64,000 bases of DNA, from sequence record MW812339.1. One strand, written 5' to 3'. Positions 17,634 to 25,231 of this stretch are shown here, one piece after another. Position 1 is the first letter of the stretch. Each line of letters opens with the position of its first letter. Both the position numbers and the translations under genes were made by a program. The notes under the pieces were generated by a model, which was given only the letters and a program-made list of their open reading frames with translations, made no database searches and was not told the origin of the DNA.

Positions 17634-20600
17634 TTACGACACAAATCCGTTCAACGTGGTCTTATCCAGTTCACTGACGTCTCTGGTGAGTTTGTCATCC
17701 GGTAACACGTAAGTGATATCCAGTGACGCTACGGCGTGATCAGGAACCGCCAAGTCGTGATAGAAATCGTAACCTGTCCCATGTTGTTTATAGAGCAAGT
17801 ACAAACCCATCGCACGCATCGCCTCCCCGGTGTAGAACCCAAACGCTTGACCGTTGTCAGTCGTTGGATTCGCCCAAGGCGACCACGCCCCATTGATGGC
17901 TTTACCCGGAATGTCAGTAACGGTGAAGTTATCCCCCATTTCCTTCATTCCCTTATCCATAATCCTGTCCAGTCCCTCAACCGTACACCCAGCCATTGCA
18001 GCATAGCAGCTACCGGCAATCCACAGAGCACACATGTGAGCCGTGAAATCGTTCTCCACCCAAACCGGTTTATTCGGTTTCGTTGGGAACTCATTCGGTG
18101 TGTGATTGTCGAACTTATCCAGGAACTGAACCAACCAAACGGCCCAAGTCTCAACATACGTTTTCAACTTGTCGGGCACTGGCTTGCCACGAACGACCAG
18201 CTCGTACCAACATCGTGCAGCAGCGTTATACGCACGACACTGATAACCTGCCCACGGATGGCCGTCTCCCCAGTGGAACGTTGTCCAGGTGTCTGGGTCG
18301 CCGTAGGAGTAGTTATCCCAGCGGTTCCAGACGTAAGCAGCACAACCCGGACCCAACTCACCGATTTGCGCGTTGTACGCAATCTGCGAATCGTACATAA
18401 ACGTAATCTGGTTATCGAACCAATCTGCGAACCGGTCATCTTTGTGGATGGTGTACATAAACGGATACTGATAACCCGGATACGGCATCCCGTGCCATGC
18501 GCCCAACTGCGCAGTACCCTCTGAATAGATGTTCGAGAACGGTATCGTCCCCGGACAGTACGCCAGAGAATCCAGACGGTAATCTTTCACCGTGCAATCA
18601 CCGACTAAGCCGGTATACGCAGAACTACCACGGATAACGATACGGAAGGTTAATGTCCAACCATCGTCTTTATCGAACACCGGAGGAATGTCATTCACGC
18701 AGTAGTACGAGAAATGCGCATTGTCCACCGTTGAGTCAGGCAGAATTGTAACCTGGTCGATAGTGTCGTAGTTCGGTGCAGACGGTTCTGGGTCAGTGTC
18801 TTCATGGTCTGGCTGATATCCAGACAACGTCGCTTTCGCTGGGTCGATGATAACCTGAGCCCACGCTCCATTCGTTGCCGGTAACATCCACCACCAACGC
18901 CACTTATCAGTGTCCTCAAAACGGAAGTTAAAATCAGCATCCGCTTTATAGACAATCGACTGAGGTTTTGCGACACCTGCATCGGTTAACCAGAAACCGA
19001 TAATGAAACCAGCGTCGTCATCCGGGAACAGAGCTTCCACGATTGTACCGGAACGTCCATCGTAAATGTTCTGTTCGAACTTCTCAGCCCAGGTACAACC
19101 GCCATAGTCCGAACATGCGCGCGCATCCGCGATGATATAATCATCGTTCGTGGCTGGGTTCGTGATTCTTGCCAGTGAGTTGAAGTCGATGTCGTACTGT
19201 TCCACCGCCATCGCACTGGAGCCCGGCAACGTACAACCGTACCAGTTCACTTCCTGGGTATCCGCTTTCACCGGGTTGATGTCAACCATCACCTTACATG
19301 CCAGCGCATCCCCGTTATCGCATACCCCACCGTAAGTCACCCTCAGGCGAGAATCGGTGTTGATGCGGAAACGGATAGCTTGCTGTTCCATGAAGTGTTG
19401 CAAGGCTTCGGCTGATTTGAACACGATGTCCCCATCCGCGTTACGACTGTAGGCAACGGTCCCAGTAGAAGGGTAGTTGTAGTCATACGAGATACCATCC
19501 GTAAACGGCGTCTCAGCGAGTTTAGAGCGACGGAAGAATTTATCCGTAGCATCGATGTAGGTGTATTCGTGCGCGGTGTAGAATACGCAATCCAGCGCTT
19601 TCTTGTAACGGTCTTCCCCAGTGATGCGCCACAACAGATAGCAACAATCGATGAACCACACTTCCGCATCAGCCGCGTTACCCATCTGGTTCACAGAACC
19701 TTTGAACGGTGTGTGTACCGGACGGTTATGCCATGCTTCGTTACGAGCGAACTGGTAGCCGCCTTGTGCAACAGGCACTTGTGATGCGTAGTTAATCAGA
19801 TAGACGCCATTAATGGTCTTGTCTTTTAACTGCACGGTACCTTTATCGGCCGTACCAAACCCCGTTCCGACAATCTCCCCGTCCTGAATCTTGTTACCCG
19901 TCCAGGTGATAATCCAGTCCGGTTCGTACAACGTGCCCTTGCTTGCAGAACCTCCCCAGACCGGCGTATAACCAGAAGGGTCGCCGAGCATGGTATTCCA
20001 GTCCACCCACGCTTTAACATCGTACGGTTCCGCGGGATTGGTAATCAGGAACTGTGGCACCTTAGACCAATCGATTTTTCCATCGAGGTCTTCTTGAATC
20101 TTCTGAACGTCCGCGTTCACAGCACCCCAGGTAGGATGGCCGCGGTGCGCAGAGAAGAAACTGTTCAGGTATTCACCAAAGAATGGGGCACCCTGTGGGA
20201 TTTTAGCCAGGCCGTTAGTGAACGTTACGGGTACGCATTTGTAACCGCCGTGGGTAGGCTCCGTTGGATGTACTGGATAATCTGCCAGCACCGGTTCCTT
20301 CCCGTTCACAAGCCAGTTACAAATCCAACGTCCGGCTTCTTCTGGAATTGGCTGATTAGCGTAGAAGTACGTAACGTACGCCTCCCACGCTTTCACTGCT
20401 GCATCCAACCACATCTGGTGTTTAGTGGCGATGTACATGTGGCAGTAACCGATAACCAACAGAGACTGACCTTCTGTGGTCGCATCCCCATTCGGTTGAT
20501 ATTCAGCCATCGTGTCCGCAATAAAGTGACGGTTGTTCGACAATACCCCTTCTGGGTTAATCAGATAGTGGTCATTGTGAGCATCGTTGGTCTGCCCGGT

Positions 20601-20690
20601 ATTTCGACGCACAAAATCCTGATGACCATAAGCCAACTGCATCGCGTAGTTTAATGCGTGACGTCCTGCGGCTATTTTAAATCTGCTCAT
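17634..20690 (-). CDS. Large virion-associated (tail fibre/spike-like) protein with GH8-like glycoside hydrolase motifs
   Basis: 1018 aa; DATTEGQSL and GNAADAEVWF resemble GH8/BcsZ TTSEGQSY and SASDGDVWM; Trp/aromatic-rich; ends TTLNGFVS. Confidence 0.7.
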   Translation of the reverse strand: MSRFKIAAGRHALNYAMQLAYGHQDFVRRNTGQTNDAHNDHYLINPEGVLSNNRHFIADTMAEYQPNGDATTEGQSLLVIGYCHMYIATKHQMWLDAAVKAWEAYVTYFYANQPIPEEAGRWICNWLVNGKEPVLADYPVHPTEPTHGGYKCVPVTFTNGLAKIPQGAPFFGEYLNSFFSAHRGHPTWGAVNADVQKIQEDLDGKIDWSKVPQFLITNPAEPYDVKAWVDWNTMLGDPSGYTPVWGGSASKGTLYEPDWIITWTGNKIQDGEIVGTGFGTADKGTVQLKDKTINGVYLINYASQVPVAQGGYQFARNEAWHNRPVHTPFKGSVNQMGNAADAEVWFIDCCYLLWRITGEDRYKKALDCVFYTAHEYTYIDATDKFFRRSKLAETPFTDGISYDYNYPSTGTVAYSRNADGDIVFKSAEALQHFMEQQAIRFRINTDSRLRVTYGGVCDNGDALACKVMVDINPVKADTQEVNWYGCTLPGSSAMAVEQYDIDFNSLARITNPATNDDYIIADARACSDYGGCTWAEKFEQNIYDGRSGTIVEALFPDDDAGFIIGFWLTDAGVAKPQSIVYKADADFNFRFEDTDKWRWWWMLPATNGAWAQVIIDPAKATLSGYQPDHEDTDPEPSAPNYDTIDQVTILPDSTVDNAHFSYYCVNDIPPVFDKDDGWTLTFRIVIRGSSAYTGLVGDCTVKDYRLDSLAYCPGTIPFSNIYSEGTAQLGAWHGMPYPGYQYPFMYTIHKDDRFADWFDNQITFMYDSQIAYNAQIGELGPGCAAYVWNRWDNYSYGDPDTWTTFHWGDGHPWAGYQCRAYNAAARCWYELVVRGKPVPDKLKTYVETWAVWLVQFLDKFDNHTPNEFPTKPNKPVWVENDFTAHMCALWIAGSCYAAMAGCTVEGLDRIMDKGMKEMGDNFTVTDIPGKAINGAWSPWANPTTDNGQAFGFYTGEAMRAMGLYLLYKQHGTGYDFYHDLAVPDHAVASLDITYVLPDDKLTRDVSELDKTTLNGFVS

Positions 20691-20693
20691 GGT

Positions 20694-21170
20694 TTAGTAC
20701 CCTTGTACGCGAATGGCTCCCCGCCAGTGACCACCGCCGTCTGTTGACATCAAGACAATAATGTCTTCTGCACCTGCGGTGTACGATAAGACCGGAACTG
20801 CACCATTAGGCCAGGCAACATTAGCAGGCCAGATGACCTTGTTAGCACCCGACCCCTGGACGAAACTCAGTTGAATCTCATAACGGATATTCAGCAACGG
20901 ATTTTCAATATCCACGAGCGTTATCGTGGTGGACGGATCGTTCAATGTGATGATGAAGTCATCGGATACGTTGGGGTCGACGCGTACCGCGCCCTGAGCC
21001 ACAAACAGAGACTGATAAGGTTTGGTCTCCGAACCTCCACCTAGTTCGCTCAATGGAATCTGGAATTCGTTCTCCCCGTCAGTAACCAGTGCGGCAGATG
21101 CCGCCGCTGTCTTGTCACCGATAAAGGCGGGAAGTTGGTGCAATCGTTTCTTTTTGACTGGAGTTGCCAT
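20694..21170 (-). CDS. Tail-fibre-associated small beta-domain protein
   Basis: 158 aa; 'FVQGSGANKVIWPANVAWPNGAVPVLS..AGAEDII.LMSTDGG..W.G' pattern typical of phage tail-fibre distal modules. Confidence 0.6.
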   Translation of the reverse strand: MATPVKKKRLHQLPAFIGDKTAAASAALVTDGENEFQIPLSELGGGSETKPYQSLFVAQGAVRVDPNVSDDFIITLNDPSTTITLVDIENPLLNIRYEIQLSFVQGSGANKVIWPANVAWPNGAVPVLSYTAGAEDIIVLMSTDGGGHWRGAIRVQGY

Positions 21171-21712
21171 TATGCGTCCTCTTCAATCCCGTAAGTCAAT
21201 ACAGCGTCATCGCCGATGCATAAAACAGTGTCGCCATCTGAGACACCCGCGGCATATTCGAGCTTACCGAACAGCGTAGCACCGAACGTTCCCAACCACG
21301 CTGGTGAGGAATCGTCAATCGTTAAAACCACGGCGTCATCAGTGATAACGATAGGAGCGTCTACGATGTCGTCGGCTGTTAAGTTCGTTCCGCAGTAGTC
21401 GTTCACCACAGCAACCAATTCGCGGGTCTGTTGGGCGTCTTCTACGGATATAAGCAACGGTTGGTTTGCATCGAGGATAACGCTTGCAGATAAACGGTCG
21501 TAATAGATGACGACCTGCTTACCATTAGGCTTACGGGCCTTCGCTACCGATGCTTGCGTATTGCGCGGAATAATTTCCGCGTCTTGATTTGCACCTACCT
21601 CGGTAATCACTAACTCGCTTGGCATCAACGTCATATTGTTATCGTTGTTGATAAGAGCCACGACGAGTGACTTAGCGTCAAGTGTGAGGTCGGGCTGATA
21701 GCGTTCTGCCAT
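21170..21712 (-). CDS. Tail paralog-family anchor protein
   Basis: Start moved to MAERYQPD; 'LVVALINNDN...YYDRLSA...VNDYCGTNL..DDI..W.G' anchor domain. Confidence 0.7.
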   Translation of the reverse strand: MAERYQPDLTLDAKSLVVALINNDNNMTLMPSELVITEVGANQDAEIIPRNTQASVAKARKPNGKQVVIYYDRLSASVILDANQPLLISVEDAQQTRELVAVVNDYCGTNLTADDIVDAPIVITDDAVVLTIDDSSPAWLGTFGATLFGKLEYAAGVSDGDTVLCIGDDAVLTYGIEEDA

Positions 21713-21728
21713 TGATGCCTCCGGAGAA

Positions 21729-21770
21729 ATAAAAAAAATAAAGCTACCACACATATGATCGTGTGGTAGC
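21729..21770 (-). terminator. Intrinsic terminator
   Basis: GCTACCACAC/GTGTGGTAGC 10-bp stem with U tract on minus strand. Confidence 0.8.
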
Positions 21771-21776
21771 CATTTC

Positions 21777-21986
21777 TTATTTCAACTTCGCGATAACAAA
21801 GATGATGGCGAGGATGCAGACAACTATCTTTATCATTGCGTTGCTTTCTTCTTTTTCATACTTCCCGCTACCGTACGGGTTCTTACCGAACGTTGCGTTG
21901 AAGTTGCGGCAGCGCTTCCAGTAAAAGAACGTACGTGCCAGCACGAAGAAAGAAACCAGACCAACGGCAATCCAGAAAATGTTCAA
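21777..21986 (-). CDS. Small membrane protein (2 TM)
   Basis: 69 aa; two hydrophobic segments; AGGAG RBS. Confidence 0.65.
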   Translation of the reverse strand: MNIFWIAVGLVSFFVLARTFFYWKRCRNFNATFGKNPYGSGKYEKEESNAMIKIVVCILAIIFVIAKLK

Positions 21987-21995
21987 AAATGACTC

Positions 21996-22394
21996 CTATT
22001 GTAAGGTTTGGTGTGGGGGATAAAAGATAGCCTTTTCTGGATGTTGTGGCATCCGCGCTTTGCAGGATTCGAGTATCCCATCGAGTCCACGCATCACATA
22101 GTCAGGCAAGCCCATATCGACGAAGACCATTTCGGGTAACGCATCACGGAAAACCTGGCAGCAACGTTCGAGGTATTCGGTCATCGCTTCTTGTTCATCC
22201 GCGAACATGGCGTGGAATAACGCCGCCCGATACGCTTCAGCGACAAAGGCGAATTCAACGAACTTGTCATAGTCGCATTCTTCGACCTCCACGTTTAAAC
22301 GTTGAGCCACTGATTTAACGGTTGTGCGAAGTGCGTGGATTTCTTGCACTTCGGCGAAGTTGTTACGACGTGGGGCAGGCATTAACAGTTTCAT
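21996..22394 (-). CDS. Hypothetical protein
   Basis: Start moved to MKLLMPAP with AAGGAG RBS. Confidence 0.7.
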   Translation of the reverse strand: MKLLMPAPRRNNFAEVQEIHALRTTVKSVAQRLNVEVEECDYDKFVEFAFVAEAYRAALFHAMFADEQEAMTEYLERCCQVFRDALPEMVFVDMGLPDYVMRGLDGILESCKARMPQHPEKAIFYPPHQTLQ

Positions 22395-22407
22395 TAGAAA
22401 ATACTCC

Positions 22408-22779
22408 TTACGATAATTCACCCATGTAGATAACTTCATAGCCGAACCATTCGCCGATTTCGATAAGGTACTTCACCAGCAGATGCCGATGACAGAACTT
22501 CCCTTCTGGGCAGTAGCACATCAGTACCACTTCTTCGTTGCGAAGAATCTCTATCAGCTTGTCGGTGTCTTCATCGAACAAACGGTTCAGCTTTTGCATG
22601 TATCGGACGGTATACGCCGCTTCTGCTTCGGGACCCTTGTCAGACTTTTTGTAGTCCATCAAGAAGTCCCAGTCCGGGGCCAGATACTTCAGCCCCGATT
22701 TTACTGTGATGTCTAGCTTCGGTAGGCTACGCTTTTCAGCTACCCGCCACTTCGCCAGCTGGAGTGTCCATAGTCGCAC
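22408..22779 (-). CDS. DUF488-like protein
   Basis: 'LDITVKSG...LAPDWDFL...VVLMCYCPEGKFCHRHLL'; probable GTG start at 22779 (MRLWTLQLAKWR). Confidence 0.65.
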   Translation of the reverse strand: MRLWTLQLAKWRVAEKRSLPKLDITVKSGLKYLAPDWDFLMDYKKSDKGPEAEAAYTVRYMQKLNRLFDEDTDKLIEILRNEEVVLMCYCPEGKFCHRHLLVKYLIEIGEWFGYEVIYMGELS

Positions 22780-23743
22780 TTGCTTTTGCACGCTCTGTTC
22801 GCTCCTTTTCTTTTTTCTGCAAGGCTTTGAAGTCGGCTTGATGGTACAACCACTCCGCAGCGCTATACGACCGGATATGTAGACGGTCACCCTCACGGTG
22901 GAAATAATACTGCGGGTAGTCTCTACGGAAGGGGCGATAACGCGCGGCCAGTGGAACATCAAGACCCATCAGCGAAATAGACTCACCTAGCTGGGAACAC
23001 CAAAAACGACGGTACCCATCGTTCATTCGGATGCGCCAAGCGACTGCCGGTTCAATGCCAATGCTACGGTAATACTCAGATTTCGCGCATGGCGTCGCAG
23101 TCACCAACAGACTCATCCCGTCACGGTCGTAAGCAAATTCGTAGTTGTTGTAATTGCTGACCTGAATCAACTCTCTGATGTCAGGAGGTAGCTCTCGCCA
23201 CATCTCGAATTTGTCCTTGTCCCAAGCCGGTGTTTGAAGTGGTGGGATGCGACCAGGGTGGTCCTGGAAATACATCAGCTCGCTGTACAGGTTTTTCATC
23301 CGGGCGTATTCGTCCAAAGACCAATCCCCCATCGTCATGCTGTTCTCCAGCGCATCCATTTTATTCCAACCTAACCAAGCGGTGGAATGGTACTGCCTGC
23401 GAGTAATGCGGTGCATTAACTTCGCCAGTCCCTGAATCACATTACCTTGCTGGATTAACGGCGACCACTCATTCGGGTACGATTTACCCGTAAACGGTTC
23501 GAAATTGTTCTCATTGAGAACTGCCCAGGTGACATAATCGACGTTCACGTCATGTTTGTCCACCAGACGCTCTACAATCGCCACACTGAAGAGCATCTCC
23601 ATGAAGTTGGAGTTACCCCCGTTATACATGGAGAAGTATGCAGGGCGTACGTAATGCGCCTCATTGGGCACACCCTTACACATCAGTTGATACATGATCC
23701 ATGTTGAATCCAGCCCCGCCGAGAAAGAAACTAGTTTAGTCAT
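22736..23743 (-). CDS. QueC-like PP-loop ATPase (adenine nucleotide alpha-hydrolase fold)
   Basis: 335 aa; N-terminal LVSFSAGLDST PP-loop; 'LQTPAWDKDKFEMW' resembles QueC 'ETPLMWIDKAETW'; no Cys4 zinc motif. Confidence 0.65.
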   Translation of the reverse strand: MTKLVSFSAGLDSTWIMYQLMCKGVPNEAHYVRPAYFSMYNGGNSNFMEMLFSVAIVERLVDKHDVNVDYVTWAVLNENNFEPFTGKSYPNEWSPLIQQGNVIQGLAKLMHRITRRQYHSTAWLGWNKMDALENSMTMGDWSLDEYARMKNLYSELMYFQDHPGRIPPLQTPAWDKDKFEMWRELPPDIRELIQVSNYNNYEFAYDRDGMSLLVTATPCAKSEYYRSIGIEPAVAWRIRMNDGYRRFWCSQLGESISLMGLDVPLAARYRPFRRDYPQYYFHREGDRLHIRSYSAAEWLYHQADFKALQKKEKERTERAKASATMDTPAGEVAGS

Positions 23744-24084
23744 TACTTTTCCTCTACTAGCTTCTGTCTCTCCACACGCATCAACCTGGCATTCAGGTCA
23801 ACCATGTATTCTTTTTTCTCCATTATCGTGGCCTCGTAGCCACGACTACCCATCGTGAGGATGATTTTACCCTGGCGCAATGCAATCTCACGTGCGGTAT
23901 CACGACATACTTCAAGAGCTTCATCCAGATCGTTGAAGGTGGTCTTCTGCGGACCGTTAAAGGTTTTAGCGCATTCCAGGAATACACGTTCGTAAACGTC
24001 CTGGTCGATGATGAGTGGTTTGTCTTCGGCATGGACAACCATAGGCGCAACCAGTGCGCCTAACAGAACTAAAACTTTCTTCAC
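23743..24084 (-). CDS. Secreted/periplasmic hypothetical protein
   Basis: 113 aa; signal peptide MKKVLVLLGALVAPMVVHA|ED. Confidence 0.7.
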   Translation of the reverse strand: MKKVLVLLGALVAPMVVHAEDKPLIIDQDVYERVFLECAKTFNGPQKTTFNDLDEALEVCRDTAREIALRQGKIILTMGSRGYEATIMEKKEYMVDLNARLMRVERQKLVEEK

Positions 24085-24094
24085 TTAATGCTCC

Positions 24095-24307
24095 TTACGA
24101 GAATAACGTTTGACCAGGTATCAGCGCAGTGAGCGCCCACACGTGGATTTTCCAGCAGATGTACATGACAACGATTTCGAACAACACGCCGTACCAGTCA
24201 CCAGCCTTGAGTTCTTTCACCGCTTCAATGCTGCGATATAACGCGGTAGAGCCGCTAATCACCATCACTGCCCAGTAGAAGAGTTCAATCATCCGATTAA
24301 ATCCCAA
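24095..24307 (-). CDS. Small membrane protein (2 TM)
   Basis: 70 aa; two hydrophobic helices. Confidence 0.6.
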   Translation of the reverse strand: MGFNRMIELFYWAVMVISGSTALYRSIEAVKELKAGDWYGVLFEIVVMYICWKIHVWALTALIPGQTLFS

Positions 24308-24738
24308 GAAATGATTTTGTCCACCTCGCCCTTCGCATTAGTTAATGCACGCAGAGCAAAGACTGGTTCGGCTTTCTCTTCTTTCAACAGGTCGCGTAGC
24401 ACCGAGGCATGTTTACCCCATGGGCGCAACTCTGCAGTTACTTGACGTTGGTCTACGCGAATATTGGACAGGGCACCACAGATGTTGTCCTGACGTACCG
24501 CAGACTGGCGACAGATGAAGCGATCGCTATCGACCGGATTCAGCACGTTCAGGTAAGACAGGTCAGGCTGACCGAACTCGCAGAAGACGCGAGGTTGACG
24601 CAGTAGCCCTTTCGTTAAAGAACGTGCAGTGGCTTCTGGTGCGTACACCACACCGTTTGCATTAGGTTTAGACATGTCCAACAGACGTACCATCCAGTAA
24701 GCGTCCGATTCCCCATTAACTACTTTTAAAATGTCCAT
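24289..24738 (-). CDS. Prohead-protease-fold protein (T4 gp21/phiKZ gp175-like), catalytic residues apparently lost
   Basis: 149 aa; PNANGVVY, EFGQP (canonical E.GHP), LRPWG, FALRA (canonical .S.R), SWD. Confidence 0.65.
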   Translation of the reverse strand: MDILKVVNGESDAYWMVRLLDMSKPNANGVVYAPEATARSLTKGLLRQPRVFCEFGQPDLSYLNVLNPVDSDRFICRQSAVRQDNICGALSNIRVDQRQVTAELRPWGKHASVLRDLLKEEKAEPVFALRALTNAKGEVDKIISWDLIG

Positions 24739-24748
24739 CTAATGCTCC

Positions 24749-25222
24749 TTAAGCTAACTTGATTGTAGGTTCTTCTAATTCAACGACAACATCCCATGAC
24801 GGCACATCGACGATTTTACCAAACGCGTCTTTGATGAACCGTGCACCCAGGCAGACCTGACCACTGGACTGCATTAAATCCACTACCGCATCCCGATACG
24901 GACCTGACGGAGAAAAGTCTGCGGTGACTTCCACAAACTCAGGAGATACGGAGACACGGGCATTACAGAGATAGCCACCAACCAGCATGTGGTCTATCGT
25001 ACGCATTCGATGAATGATTGCTTCTTCGAAACACGCCTGCGTTTTCGAGAACTCCGGATTACCGTACTCGGTGTAGCATGGGTTACGACGCAAGAACGTC
25101 GTAAATGCTTTGCTGGGGTCATTCTGGTCAGCGAAGTCACTGCGGGGAAGCTTCAGGATAACCCCTGAAGCGTTCGCCACAACTGATGCTGGAATGTGTT
25201 TGATTTCGGCTATCAGTTTCAA
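24749..25222 (-). CDS. Prohead-protease-fold protein, catalytic residues apparently lost
   Basis: 157 aa; EYGNP, FSPSGPY, LGARF, SWDVV align to the neighbouring paralog. Confidence 0.6.
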   Translation of the reverse strand: MKLIAEIKHIPASVVANASGVILKLPRSDFADQNDPSKAFTTFLRRNPCYTEYGNPEFSKTQACFEEAIIHRMRTIDHMLVGGYLCNARVSVSPEFVEVTADFSPSGPYRDAVVDLMQSSGQVCLGARFIKDAFGKIVDVPSWDVVVELEEPTIKLA

Positions 25223-25231
25223 GTATATTCC

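Noticed and set aside
22736-23743. Calling the PP-loop protein true queC of a deazaguanine DNA-modification cluster
   Set aside because: Zinc-binding cysteines are missing and no partner genes are in the window, so it is kept as QueC-like only
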